A stretch of DNA of 64,000 bases from TPA_inf: Saccharomyces. Its lineage: Eukaryota. The notes beneath the pieces were generated by a model that worked only from the letters and a program-made list of their open reading frames with translations, was not told the origin of the DNA and ran no database searches. The position numbers were made by a program, and so were the translations under genes. The stretch spans positions 448,001 through 512,000 of the forward strand of contig BK006946.2 of assembly GCA_000146045.2 (NCBI GenBank). Direction: 5' to 3'. This document shows, piece by piece, positions 1-11,423 of the stretch. Position 1 is the stretch's first letter; the number at the start of each line of letters is the position of its first letter.

Positions 1-86
1 ATATGGGTCAAGCCGTAATAGGACCGGAAGCGAACGGGCCTTCTAACTACCTTAGTAGCAATTCTTGACCAAGAAAGTAGCAACAT
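1..86 (-). CDS. YTA12: YTA12 (mitochondrial m-AAA protease subunit), 5' end only; the CDS continues left of the window
   Basis: Reverse complement of 1-86 begins ATG and reads [28 protein letters not shown]..., which I recognise as the Yta12 N-terminus. The window edge truncates the gene. Confidence 0.75.
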
Positions 87-1244
87 TAGTACTCTTTCTA
101 ACTTTAAAGTTGCTTGCCAAGACTCTTGAGTGTGCTATATTGTATTCGTTGGCAGCTCAAAATCTTTCCTTTAAAACTATAGTGGCAAAAGTTAGAGATC
201 GTTTTCACGAGAAAATGATGGGGAAAAATGGACCAAAAGACAAATGTATTCACAATGTGACACCAGATAGCTTGGTGATTAGTATATAGATCTTACAGGA
301 CACCGAATAATACCAGAAGGGACTTTCTTATTGAACGAACCGATATGTGCATGCGTTATCCTATAAAGAAATACGTCCGGATGGGATATTCAAACAAGAC
401 GCCGGACAAAATAATTCACACATATGGAGGATGTTACGTACATGAGCACAAGACGAACCGTACAAAGAGAAACATACATCATCACTCAGACGATAAGATC
501 ATAAATTAGCAGATGACACTTTAGTTTATTCTCTTTGGTAGGTTTTCTACAATCAGAATTATCTAACGGCGAACTTCTGTAGGCAGAGTTTTCGCATCGC
601 CCAATGAGATAATGCACTTTCAAAAGACCACGCTGCACTTGCATCAAATTGGTTTACGAAAGAGCAAAGTCGAGGATTAGCACATTCCGTGTGCCCATAC
701 GTTACCATTTTTGACAAAGTTGGCAACATCAAGCGAGACATATCTACAAATATACGTATCAGAATTGTACCCGAAGTATTTCTGGTTATATTCGTTGCTA
801 ACCATTTTAACGTATTCAGCCTAGTAGCCTGCAAGAACTATTAATACAAATCGTGAAACAGAAGTTCTTTGAGTTAAAGTACAAAGACAGACAACAGCCC
901 TCGGTGAACCTGTTGGTGTGTGTTTCCTGTATCACAAAACACAAGCGAGCAAAGAAATACGACGTTATAGCTTTTAATAATACGACGAGACAATGTTAGT
1001 GGCCGTAATAACTTTCCAACAAAAGTACTTTCCAAACTTTGCTGTTACCTCTGTGATTGTTTAGTACGAAAATTGTATCGCGCTGTCAACAGCAAGGGGC
1101 TGCAAGTATTACGTAAGGGTACACTCGAAGTAGGGATATATATTTAAAGTCCCATCGTGACGCTCATAATAGGATACTTTCCCTCCAAATAAAAATTCAT
1201 TGAAGTTATATCATCGGTATTCATATATTATTGACTTAACAGCC

Positions 1245-1928
1245 ATGTCTCCTATGAAAGTTGCGGTTGTCGGTGCCAGTGGTAAAGTTGGACGTTTATT
1301 GATAAACCAATTGAAGGCCAACGATAGTTTCTCAACACCATTAGCGATTGTTAGAACACAGGATCAAGTCAATTATTTCAAGAATGAAGTAGGTGTTGAT
1401 GCTAGTTTGACAGATATAGAAAACGCGTCCGTTAGTGAGATCACAGACGCTATTAAGGCTTATGATGCCGTGGTCTTTAGCGCCGGTGCGGGTGGTAAAG
1501 GAATGGAAAGAATTTTCACGGTTGATCTGGATGGCTGTATCAAAGTTGTTGAAGCATGCGAAAAGGCTGGTATCAAAAGGTTCGTTGTTGTTTCAGCGCT
1601 CAAGGCGGAGGATAGAGATTTTTGGTATAACATTAAGGGTTTGCGTGAATACTATATTGCAAAGAGATCTGCTGATCGTGAGGTTAGAAACTCTAATTTG
1701 GATTACACTATTTTACAGCCTGGATCGTTGGAACTAAATAAAGGTACCGGTCTTTTGCAACCCCTTGACAAATTAGAAGAGAAGGCTTCTGTTAACTACT
1801 CCATTAACAGGGAGGATGTAGCTTCTTTTATTGTGGAAAGCTTGCTACATCCAAATGCAACAGTGAAAAAAACCATTTCGTTGGTAAATGGCAACGAGCC
1901 AATGGAAAAATTCATTCAAAGTTTGTAG
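1245..1928 (+). CDS. YMR090W, NAD(P)-binding Rossmann-fold protein (NmrA/atypical SDR-like), 227 aa from an internal Met of the 242-aa ORF
   Basis: ORF 1200-1928. Glycine-rich dinucleotide-binding motif VAVVGASGKVG at the N-terminus. Recognised as YMR090W. Confidence 0.85.
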   Translation: MSPMKVAVVGASGKVGRLLINQLKANDSFSTPLAIVRTQDQVNYFKNEVGVDASLTDIENASVSEITDAIKAYDAVVFSAGAGGKGMERIFTVDLDGCIKVVEACEKAGIKRFVVVSALKAEDRDFWYNIKGLREYYIAKRSADREVRNSNLDYTILQPGSLELNKGTGLLQPLDKLEEKASVNYSINREDVASFIVESLLHPNATVKKTISLVNGNEPMEKFIQSL

Positions 1929-2057
1929 ATCAACCTATTTACGCGTGAAATGCATATGTAGATGAATAGTCAAGAAAAGAAAAAGAAAGTGAGAATATAT
2001 GAATTTTTTTACCTTGATTTGAAGATAAAAATTTGTTATATTGTTACATTGAGTATA

Positions 2058-3365
2058 CTAAATATATTCGTTGCATTTTTCGAAATTTTGTTGTTCGGTG
2101 ATAGCCCTTAAAACGTCTTCATCAACAACGTCTTCATAGATCTCTTTCGGGATTTCCGACAGTCCCGTTTTCGGTTTATTCAAATCGTTATCGTGTATAA
2201 CGGTCTCATACACAATGCTTGTGTCGCTGGGACTATCGTTTTTTGATCTCCTCCATCCTAAAACAGTGGTTGACTGTGTGGATTCTGGTATGTGTAATAT
2301 ATTTGTGTATGCATCTCTCAAGCCTTGTTGATCTACAAGAAGAACCTTCACTCTATCATAAAACAAATCGCTATTAAATCTACTACACGCAGCAGAATGC
2401 TGATAGAGCCAATTTGTAGAGCTCAGCTTACTACCTGATGCAATAATATTAGAATTACTCATGTGACCATGTGGCCTGTGTTCAAAGAATTCCACCTGGT
2501 TTTTTGCAGGGTTTATGCCATTCTCGGAAGCAGGATACATCATGGTTTCTAAGGCCCTTGCGGATTTATCAATAGGATCACCAGCAAGTTTTCCTTCAAT
2601 TACATTTCCCTTTGTTCTTAATTCAGAAGCATAATAATCATCGGTTATATGTTTGCCGCCACGAATGATTTTAGCACCAAATTCTTTAAACACGCCTCTA
2701 GCGGTGACTAGAGCGATTTGTCTATTTCTATATGAATAAGGTAAAACGCCACGGTCTATCAAGTCGTTCTTTTGAGTTTGATTCAGAATGAACTTATAAA
2801 GGTTGGGGTGAGTTTGAAAAAATAAATATGAATCTCTAAAACCCACTATCCTAGCCGGTTCGGTGGCCAGCATAAACTTTCGATTCCCCTTCTCAGTTAA
2901 TGTGAAGGTGCGCACTAAAAATTCTCTGCCTCCTAATAGATCACCATCTGCAGTTATCTTCGTCTCACCTTCAGGATCATCTGGTAGAACATATTCTTCA
3001 TTGACCACTTTCAAAGGATTTAAGTTCTCCTCAGCATCATCGATTCCGGGAAATACTGGTTTTTTGAACTTTGAACGGTTTCTAGATCTAGTAACGCCTT
3101 TATCCTCTGACAAATCCTCTTCTTCGTCCACGTGCCTCCTTTTGTTTCTTCCGCTTTTATTTATCTGTTCCTCCTCATCACTTATTTCTTCTTCATTCAC
3201 TCCCTCATTGGCTTCTTCTTCTCTGTAATCATCATCTTCATTCTCATCATTTTCATCAATATCTAAATCCTCAGTATCAATTGCATAATTGGGTCTGTTG
3301 CTAGTAGATCTTGACCGCTTCTCATGTTCAACTTCGGAAGCTAGACCTCCCTCTGAATCTGACAT
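2058..3365 (-). CDS. NPL6: RSC chromatin remodeler subunit Npl6/Rsc7
   Basis: 435-aa ORF with an acidic, low-complexity N-terminal half (DEEEDL, ENDENEDDDYREEE). Recognised sequence; length matches. Confidence 0.9.
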   Translation of the reverse strand: MSDSEGGLASEVEHEKRSRSTSNRPNYAIDTEDLDIDENDENEDDDYREEEANEGVNEEEISDEEEQINKSGRNKRRHVDEEEDLSEDKGVTRSRNRSKFKKPVFPGIDDAEENLNPLKVVNEEYVLPDDPEGETKITADGDLLGGREFLVRTFTLTEKGNRKFMLATEPARIVGFRDSYLFFQTHPNLYKFILNQTQKNDLIDRGVLPYSYRNRQIALVTARGVFKEFGAKIIRGGKHITDDYYASELRTKGNVIEGKLAGDPIDKSARALETMMYPASENGINPAKNQVEFFEHRPHGHMSNSNIIASGSKLSSTNWLYQHSAACSRFNSDLFYDRVKVLLVDQQGLRDAYTNILHIPESTQSTTVLGWRRSKNDSPSDTSIVYETVIHDNDLNKPKTGLSEIPKEIYEDVVDEDVLRAITEQQNFEKCNEYI

Positions 3366-3631
3366 TTCTGCTAGATGGTATTTCCTTCTTCAAAAGTAAA
3401 TGTACTGTATTCAGTAATGCTTAAACTTTATAAAGCTGTTTTCTTGCAATATTTTTGTCTGCTCACAGTAACATGTTTAATAGTTCGAACGGGTTTTTTT
3501 TTAAAAGAGCGAAGTAATCAAAGCATTCGGGTAATAATTACAAGTTTATATGGACTGTGGTAAAAACAGTGTAAAACTTTTTTATATCTATTTTTCTAAG
3601 GTTACGTAATTGTTTACTTTATATTCTTATC

Positions 3632-5479
3632 TCACTCGAGGACAACATTCCACCTTTTAATGCAAGCGTCCGCACCAGAACTAACCAAGGTAGATGGTGT
3701 TTCCCATAAAAGGTTGTTAACACCGTCCTTGTGAGCATTCAACGCCTTAATGATTTTCATAGGTCTTTTGACGGAGTAAATAAAAATATTGGTGTCTAAA
3801 GAACCAGTGGCAACTAAGTCCTCTTCAATTTCCTCTTCGTTTGCTCCCTTTTCAGCAGGTTTCCATGAAATGGCGTTGATTTTACTGGTGTGGAAAGCCC
3901 ATCTTGAAGTTTTCACTTCTCTTGATTGTAAATCATATAGCAATATCTTGCCCATAACATCTCCAGCAGCGATGTATGTTTCAGATGGCGAAATTGATAT
4001 GTACGAGGGTTTTGCGCGAAGAGGTGTTTTTAAATCAAAACTGACTTCCAAATCTGATAATTTGAATACCTGAATAGTATTACCTTCTTCCAAACCAACT
4101 GCAACGTAATTTTGGCTCAAGCTAACGGCAGAGCCTGGTGAGTTCAGTCTTACACTCTTGATTATATCGCCCGTAAAAGACTGTAATATCAACAAATCAT
4201 CATCATTTGTTAGTACTGCAGTGAAGCCATCATTGTTCGCACTAGCAACCTTTGGTTGCGATCCAAATTCATGCTTAGTAATACCGTTCACTTTCAAAGT
4301 ATCATCCCAAGAAATACTGGAGTATTCTTGCGCTTTACTATTATCCAATGATACAATCAAGTTGGAGTGATCTTGGTGCATGGAAGAGCTAGACCATTCC
4401 ATAATCCTACCATCATATGACCCACTGATTAGTGGGTTGACTGTCAAAGCAGTAATACCCTTGTTATGACCACTAATGGTTTTTAAAACCTCGTCATGTC
4501 CAAGTTCATAGAAGTTTAAGGTCCCATCCAGTGAAAGAGAAATAATCCTTCCGTTTCCTGTTGCAACAACACCAACTTGTTGATTTCCCAGTTGTTGCTT
4601 GTCTAAGGTCCATTTTTGAACGCATTTTGAAGTCGTGACGTCCCAAACCCTAATGGTAGCGTCTGCTCCTACGGTAGCAAACTTTTGGGAATCAAGCCAC
4701 GATAGTGCAAATATACCACCTTGAACTGGTTCTTGATCATCCTCTATGTATTTAAGAAACTCACCTGATTTGCCATCAAAGCAAGAAATCTTTCTGTCAG
4801 ACCCTACCGTAATAACAAATTCACCGCTGTCAGGTGAAAATTCAACATCCCTGACAAATGAGCCTTGTTTGTGGTGTGTTCTGTCACTGGCAGAGAACTT
4901 AAATGGAGGTCCTTGATAAAAGACAACAGATCCATCATCTCCAACTGTCATAGATCTCATAGGTCTAGATTGCTTCAAATGACAAGCATTGATGCGTTGT
5001 GAGTGACCTGAAACTTCACCTAAGGAATTACCAGAATCCCAGGATATGAAAACACCAAAGTTATCACGACCTTCTCCCACAACGCAGAGTCTTCGCCCTT
5101 CAAAATCCCAGGAGATATCGCTGATTGGACCTGCTAAAACTTGGAATTCAGACTTAACATTCACTTCAACAGAATTGCTTTCTTTGTCAAATGTCCATCC
5201 CCAAACAATCACTTTTCCAGATTCGTCACCGGAGCATAGGTACTGGGAACCCTTAATTGGAGAGAACTTTACCGTTGTGACTACCGAAGAGCCATGACCA
5301 GTAAATTGTACTACTGGAGGTACTTTACTGTCTCCATCGTCCAAACAACGTACAAATGCAGATTTTCCACATGGGTAAGCAATTGCGTTGGTTGTAGGGT
5401 CATACGATAAATGCGTAGTAAAGTTACGCTGTGTCGAAGGCTGAGGTGGTATAATTTCCTTCAAAGAGATAGATGACAT
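3632..5479 (-). CDS. AIP1: Actin-interacting protein 1 (WD40 repeat, cofilin cofactor)
   Basis: 615-aa ORF with multiple WD-repeat signatures (GH...WD). Recognised sequence. Confidence 0.9.
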
Positions 5480-5883
5480 TATTTTTGTTTACTTTGCTAC
5501 TTTTGCCCGTTAATATACCTTAAAAACTGTATTTGCGAGTTGCAAAAGGCAGAATAGTGCTGAGTTGCTTCCCCTTATAATTAAATAATGATCATTAATC
5601 AAAGATCTGACATATATGCCTTCGGTAGAAAAGGTGGCAGGTTACAGGGTGAAAACATCCGTACATCATATACAATTCATTGTTTCGAAAACAAACGAAC
5701 GGGACACTAGAGACCAATAAAAACGTTTCAGAACGTCTTGGTAGCGTTCAGTTCTGATTATGAACGGAAAGCAATAGCTAGTATTGATACACCTCCAGTT
5801 TCTAGTCATTCACCCCAAGTAAGCATAATATTTAACGTTCTGTGACCTACATACCTCGTAATTAGTGATAATTATCTTTTGAA

Positions 5884-5912
5884 AATTTTTGGAATAACTG
5901 AAAAATTTTGAA
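5884..5912. promoter_or_regulatory. Two RRPE-like (AAAATTTT) motifs in the AIP1-UTP15 divergent promoter
   Basis: GAAAATTTTTGG and GAAAAATTTTGA, about 100-130 bp upstream of the UTP15 ATG. RRPE is the hallmark of the ribosome-biogenesis regulon. Confidence 0.5.
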
Positions 5913-6014
5913 AACTTTCGAGCTTTGAAGAAAAAACGATGCCCATCACTAATAGAAGTCCCTTGAAACAGTTTTTGCTAAGAACAGGCCTAAGGATCAT
6001 AATATAGAAATAAA

Positions 6015-7556
6015 ATGTCGACTGCTAGGCCTAGAATAATCACTTCGAAGGCTCCATTATTGCCTCAACAGACTACCCCGGAGCAGCGTTACTGGCGTCA
6101 ATACACTTCCGCACAACTGGTTAAAGAACATAATAGCGTTACTCACATATCATTCAATCCTCAACATCCTCATGATTTTGCAGTAACTTCCTCAACCAGA
6201 GTTCAAATATTTTCTTCAAGAACTAGGCAAGTGATCAAGACCTTTTCAAGATTTAAAGATGTTGTCTATTCTGCATCCTTTAGGAGTGATGGTAAATTGC
6301 TTTGTGCCGGTGATGCTACCGGTTTAGTGTCTGTATACGACAGTTATAATCCCAGGACTATCCTTTTATCTATAAACGCTTCCACACATCCCACACATGT
6401 TACGAAATTCCATACGCAAGATAACAAAATTCTGGCTACGGCGAGTGACGATAGAGTGACAAGACTTTGGGATATATCCAACGCATATGAGCCACAATTA
6501 GAGCTCACCGGAGCTACTGACTATGTTCGTACCTTATCATTTATCCCAGCAGCCCCACATTTGGTTGCAACAGGCTCATACGACGGTTTGATCAGATTAT
6601 ATGACACAAGATCTAGCGGATCCACGCCAATTTATTCTCTGAATCATGACCAACCTGTTGAAAATGTTATTGCAGTATCTCCAACCCAAATTGTTTCTTG
6701 CGGTGGCAATAATTTCAAAGTGTGGGACTTGACCAGTAACAAGAAATTATACGAACGTGGCAATTTCAATAAGGCTGTGACATGCTTGGACTATGTTGAA
6801 AATTTTGATTCTCCAATGCAATCGGCGTTGATCGCTTCTTCCTTAGATGGTCATGTCAAAGTCTTTGATCCTTTAGACAATTTCCAAGTCAAATTTGGCT
6901 GGAAATTTTCGGGTCCCGTACTAAGTTGTGCTGTCTCCCCTAGTACCGCACAAGGGAATAGGCATTTAGTAGCAGGTTTATCATCAGGACTACTAGCCAT
7001 TAGAACTAAAAAGAAAGAGAAACGTTCTTCCGATAAAGAAAACGCACCCGCCAGTTTTAATAAGAATGCGAAAAGTAATAACTTCCAGAGAATGATGCGA
7101 GGCTCGGAATACCAAGGTGATCAAGAGCATATAATCCACAATGATAAGGTAAGATCTCAACGTCGTATGCGTGCATTCGAAAGGAACATAAATCAGTTTA
7201 AATGGAGCGAAGCACTCGACAATGCCTTTGTACCAGGTATGGCCAAAGAGTTGACACTTACTGTTCTTCAAGAACTACGCAAACGTGGCAAAGTTCGTGT
7301 AGCGCTATATGGTAGAGATGAATCTACATTAGAGCCGCTACTGAATTGGTGCTTAAAAGGTATTGAAGATGTGAGATCAGCATCTATTGTAGCGGATTGG
7401 GTCGCCGTGGTTTTAGAATTATATGGGAATACGTTAGAAAGCTCTCCAGTTCTTCAAGAATTGATGATAGATTTGAAAACTAAAGTTAGACATGAAATTC
7501 ATAAGTCTAAAGAAGCTCAAAGAATTGAAGGTATGCTTCAACTTTTAACGAGTTAA
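6015..7556 (+). CDS. UTP15: U3 snoRNP / SSU processome protein Utp15 (WD40)
   Basis: 513-aa ORF with N-terminal WD repeats and a C-terminal Utp15 domain. RRPE-like AAAATTTT motifs lie upstream, as expected for a ribosome-biogenesis gene. Confidence 0.9.
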   Translation: MSTARPRIITSKAPLLPQQTTPEQRYWRQYTSAQLVKEHNSVTHISFNPQHPHDFAVTSSTRVQIFSSRTRQVIKTFSRFKDVVYSASFRSDGKLLCAGDATGLVSVYDSYNPRTILLSINASTHPTHVTKFHTQDNKILATASDDRVTRLWDISNAYEPQLELTGATDYVRTLSFIPAAPHLVATGSYDGLIRLYDTRSSGSTPIYSLNHDQPVENVIAVSPTQIVSCGGNNFKVWDLTSNKKLYERGNFNKAVTCLDYVENFDSPMQSALIASSLDGHVKVFDPLDNFQVKFGWKFSGPVLSCAVSPSTAQGNRHLVAGLSSGLLAIRTKKKEKRSSDKENAPASFNKNAKSNNFQRMMRGSEYQGDQEHIIHNDKVRSQRRMRAFERNINQFKWSEALDNAFVPGMAKELTLTVLQELRKRGKVRVALYGRDESTLEPLLNWCLKGIEDVRSASIVADWVAVVLELYGNTLESSPVLQELMIDLKTKVRHEIHKSKEAQRIEGMLQLLTS

Positions 7557-7824
7557 GGAAATATTAGCATATAGATTTTAATTTGTATCTATTTTATAGA
7601 TATTCAGGCATACATATATATCTCTTTCTCATTGTAATCGAAAAAAATAATATCTTCTCTTTTTATTGAAAAAAGGAACCTGTATAAATTTCATTTTAGA
7701 GTGCTTTGCATTTTGATACGTTTTCGCGTTTAACTACCTTCGAGGGCTTGAAAACAAAACATTGTGAGATGAGATGCTATCAACAGAAAGCTGACTGTGA
7801 GTCCCCAGAAGTCCATGTCGCTTG

Positions 7825-9261
7825 ATGCCTTCTTTCAATCCTGTTAGATTCTTAGAGTTACCAATTGACATTAGAAAAGAAGTTTACTTCCATTTAGATG
7901 GTAATTTTTGCGGAGCACATCCCTACCCAATAGATATATTATACAAATCTAATGATGTGGAGCTTCCAGGAAAACCAAGTTATAAAAGGTCTAAGAGATC
8001 TAAGAAATTATTGAGATACATGTATCCTGTTTTTGCCACGTATTTGAACATTTTCGAATACTCTCCGCAACTCATTGAAAAATGGCTTGAGTATGCATTT
8101 TGGTTGCGCTATGATTGCCTGGTTTTGGACTGTTTCAAAGTAAACCATCTTTATGACGGAACGCTTATAGATGCATTAGAATGGACGTACCTTGATAATG
8201 AACTTCGACTGGCCTACTTCAATAAGGCCAGTATGTTAGAAGTTTGGTATACTTTTAAAGAGTACAAGAAGTGGGTGATAGACAGTGTTGCTTTTGACGA
8301 GCTTGACTTACTTAATGTAAGTAATATTCAATTCAACATTGATAATCTAACTCCACAACTAGTAGACAAATGCTTATCAATTTTAGAACAGAAAGATTTA
8401 TTCGCAACAATCGGGGAGGTACAATTTGGACAAGATGAAGAAGTAGGAGAAGAGAAAGATGTTGATGTTAGTGGAGCTAATTCTGACGAAAACTCCTCAC
8501 CTAGCTCCACAATTAAAAACAAGAAAAGGTCAGCATCCAAAAGATCACATTCAGATAATGGCAATGTGGGAGCAACGCACAACCAACTAACAAGTATTTC
8601 TGTTATAAGAACAATAAGAAGTATGGAATCCATGAAGAGCCTGCGGAAGATCACTGTGAGAGGAGAGAAATTATATGAGTTGCTAATAAATTTTCATGGG
8701 TTCAGAGACAATCCTGGTAAAACGATTAGTTACATAGTGAAACGTAGGATAAATGAAATACGCCTATCACGCATGAATCAAATTTCCAGAACCGGACTAG
8801 CTGACTTTACAAGATGGGACAACTTGCAAAAGCTTGTATTAAGTAGAGTAGCTTACATCGACCTGAATAGCATTGTCTTTCCCAAAAATTTTAAATCTCT
8901 GACAATGAAACGTGTAAGTAAAATCAAGTGGTGGAACATCGAGGAAAATATACTAAAGGAACTAAAAGTCGATAAGAGAACTTTTAAATCGTTGTACATA
9001 AAGGAAGATGATAGTAAATTCACAAAATTTTTTAATTTACGACACACAAGAATAAAAGAGCTTGACAAAAGTGAAATTAATCAAATAACATACCTTCGAT
9101 GTCAAGCAATAGTTTGGCTATCTTTTCGGACTTTGAACCATATCAAGCTACAAAATGTATCTGAAGTTTTTAACAATATCATCGTACCTAGAGCATTGTT
9201 CGATAGTAAACGAGTAGAGATTTATCGATGTGAAAAAATCTCTCAGGTTTTGGTAATATAA
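7825..9261 (+). CDS. CTF13: CBF3 kinetochore complex subunit Ctf13 (F-box-like)
   Basis: ORF 7822-9261. MPSFNPVRFLELPIDIRKEVYFHL N-terminus recognised. 478 aa from the second Met. Confidence 0.85.
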   Translation: MPSFNPVRFLELPIDIRKEVYFHLDGNFCGAHPYPIDILYKSNDVELPGKPSYKRSKRSKKLLRYMYPVFATYLNIFEYSPQLIEKWLEYAFWLRYDCLVLDCFKVNHLYDGTLIDALEWTYLDNELRLAYFNKASMLEVWYTFKEYKKWVIDSVAFDELDLLNVSNIQFNIDNLTPQLVDKCLSILEQKDLFATIGEVQFGQDEEVGEEKDVDVSGANSDENSSPSSTIKNKKRSASKRSHSDNGNVGATHNQLTSISVIRTIRSMESMKSLRKITVRGEKLYELLINFHGFRDNPGKTISYIVKRRINEIRLSRMNQISRTGLADFTRWDNLQKLVLSRVAYIDLNSIVFPKNFKSLTMKRVSKIKWWNIEENILKELKVDKRTFKSLYIKEDDSKFTKFFNLRHTRIKELDKSEINQITYLRCQAIVWLSFRTLNHIKLQNVSEVFNNIIVPRALFDSKRVEIYRCEKISQVLVI

Positions 9262-9284
9262 AAATGTGGAAAACCGGCGGTATT

Positions 9285-9959
9285 TTAATTAGAAACAAAC
9301 TGTCTGATAAACCAATCATGAAATCTTGTATCACTGTCAGCAAGCTCTGGATGAAAAGAAGTCACAAGGATATTATGATTTTGCGTTGCAGCTACAACCA
9401 CATCCTTTCCATTCACTGGCAATTCATATAAACTTTTAACCGCGATAGGATCAAGAATTCTCTCGATCACGGGTGCGCGAATAAATGTAGCAGGAAAATT
9501 ATCACAGCCAGGTATGAAATTGGAAAAATCACACTTTTGTGTAAAAGATTGAGCTTGTCTTCCAAATGCGTTTCTTCTCACGTCGACCTTCAACACACCT
9601 AAAGTCTTTACTAGGGCACTTTCGTTTTCTAATTGCGCGCTTAAAAAGATGAGACCAGCACAAGTACCCCAAACTACCTTTTCCGGATTATGAACAAATT
9701 CGTATAAACAAGGATATAAGCCTGTTCTTTGAGCGATGAGGGACATCGACGTAGATTCTCCTCCGGGAATAATTAAGGCGTCGCACTGGGCTAGATCCTC
9801 AGGAGTTTTTACAGTTTTGATTTCTATCTTTATTCCGTAGTCGTTTTCAGCCAAACACCTTTTTAAATGGTTGGTATGCTCCAAAAAGGCACCTTGCAAC
9901 GCCAAAACCCCAATTACTTTCATCGACTTTCCGGACATTGTACTGTGGGTTTTGTGCAT
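9285..9959 (-). CDS. SNO1: Pyridoxal-5'-phosphate synthase glutaminase subunit (PdxT/SNO family)
   Basis: 224-aa ORF with the class-I glutamine amidotransferase motif VWGTCAGLI containing the catalytic Cys. Divergently paired with SNZ1. Confidence 0.9.
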   Translation of the reverse strand: MHKTHSTMSGKSMKVIGVLALQGAFLEHTNHLKRCLAENDYGIKIEIKTVKTPEDLAQCDALIIPGGESTSMSLIAQRTGLYPCLYEFVHNPEKVVWGTCAGLIFLSAQLENESALVKTLGVLKVDVRRNAFGRQAQSFTQKCDFSNFIPGCDNFPATFIRAPVIERILDPIAVKSLYELPVNGKDVVVAATQNHNILVTSFHPELADSDTRFHDWFIRQFVSN

Positions 9960-10102
9960 ACTTTAAGATATGGTTTTTCTTTCTATTTAACGAAATGAAA
10001 TAATAAGAAAAAAAAACCTGGTGGCATCAACGTGATTTTTGGAAGAAAGAATAAAACATTCAAAGAGTTCGTGACCAGTTATTGCTGATAAATGCCGTTT
10101 AC

Positions 10103-10234
10103 TGACTCAGTTGGAATTTATGGCACTAGTTGGAATAGCTCATCATGACATAATGACTCAGCCGACAAGGGTAAGGGTTGAAAGCCGGGCTTTTTCACTA
10201 CTTTTCAGGTAGCGCCGCCATTTCTTCATGACTC
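10103..10234. promoter_or_regulatory. Three Gcn4-type TGACTC(A) elements in the SNO1-SNZ1 divergent promoter
   Basis: TGACTCA at 10103-10109 and 10154-10160; TGACTC at 10229-10234. These lie centrally in the 448-bp shared promoter. Confidence 0.6.
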
Positions 10235-10407
10235 TGACACACTCTGCCGCACCGTTAGTTACGTCTGTAATTCTGGCTGCGAAGTACCATTTTCGATATA
10301 AATAGGAGGACGCTGAGAGCTATGGACGAAGTCTATGGTATTGTTGGAGAAACCTTTAGGAACGACTAGCAAATATACACAGTACTAATATTCAGTTAAT
10401 TATCACG

Positions 10408-11301
10408 ATGACTGGAGAAGACTTTAAGATCAAGAGTGGTCTCGCCCAAATGTTAAAAGGTGGCGTTATTATGGATGTTGTTACTCCAGAGCAGGCAAAA
10501 ATAGCTGAAAAATCTGGTGCATGTGCGGTAATGGCATTAGAATCCATCCCAGCAGATATGCGTAAGTCAGGAAAGGTTTGCCGCATGTCAGATCCGAAGA
10601 TGATTAAGGACATCATGAACTCCGTTTCCATTCCCGTCATGGCTAAGGTAAGGATTGGCCATTTTGTTGAAGCTCAAATTATTGAGGCATTGGAAGTTGA
10701 CTATATTGACGAAAGTGAAGTCTTGACTCCTGCTGATTGGACTCACCACATTGAAAAGGACAAATTCAAAGTTCCATTTGTTTGTGGCGCTAAAGACTTA
10801 GGTGAAGCTTTGAGAAGAATTAATGAAGGCGCCGCTATGATTCGTACCAAGGGTGAAGCTGGAACGGGCGATGTCTCTGAAGCCGTCAAGCATATAAGGA
10901 GAATTACAGAGGAGATAAAGGCGTGCCAACAATTGAAGAGCGAAGATGACATTGCAAAAGTTGCTGAGGAAATGAGGGTACCAGTTTCTTTGCTGAAAGA
11001 TGTTTTAGAAAAAGGTAAGTTGCCAGTAGTAAATTTTGCTGCAGGTGGTGTAGCAACGCCAGCCGATGCCGCATTGTTAATGCAGTTGGGTTGTGATGGT
11101 GTGTTTGTTGGCTCAGGAATTTTTAAATCATCTAATCCTGTAAGGTTGGCCACTGCAGTAGTAGAGGCTACCACTCACTTTGACAATCCCAGCAAATTGT
11201 TGGAAGTATCTAGTGACTTAGGAGAGTTAATGGGTGGTGTATCAATCGAATCTATTAGTCATGCTTCCAATGGAGTAAGACTTTCCGAAATTGGGTGGTG
11301 A
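10408..11301 (+). CDS. SNZ1: Pyridoxal-5'-phosphate synthase subunit (PdxS/SNZ family)
   Basis: 297-aa ORF with highly conserved PdxS blocks ([19 protein letters not shown]). Recognised. Confidence 0.9.
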   Translation: MTGEDFKIKSGLAQMLKGGVIMDVVTPEQAKIAEKSGACAVMALESIPADMRKSGKVCRMSDPKMIKDIMNSVSIPVMAKVRIGHFVEAQIIEALEVDYIDESEVLTPADWTHHIEKDKFKVPFVCGAKDLGEALRRINEGAAMIRTKGEAGTGDVSEAVKHIRRITEEIKACQQLKSEDDIAKVAEEMRVPVSLLKDVLEKGKLPVVNFAAGGVATPADAALLMQLGCDGVFVGSGIFKSSNPVRLATAVVEATTHFDNPSKLLEVSSDLGELMGGVSIESISHASNGVRLSEIGW

Positions 11302-11423
11302 TTTCTTTGAACAGGTATTTTGAGCATTATAACACTTTTTCCCCCCTCAACTTTGTATTACTCGGTACACATTGTAAAATGATCTAATTATTAGATAAGC
11401 TTATGTATGCTGGATATTATTTA

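Noticed and set aside
1200-1244. N-terminal extension of the YMR090W ORF (MKLYHRYSYIIDLTA-)
   Set aside because: An upstream in-frame ATG exists, but the Rossmann motif and the expected 227-aa length fit initiation at MSPMKVAVV. The true start cannot be resolved from sequence alone.
10392-10640. 82-aa ORF antisense to the SNZ1 5' end
   Set aside because: It overlaps the strongly conserved PdxS coding frame and has no independent signal.
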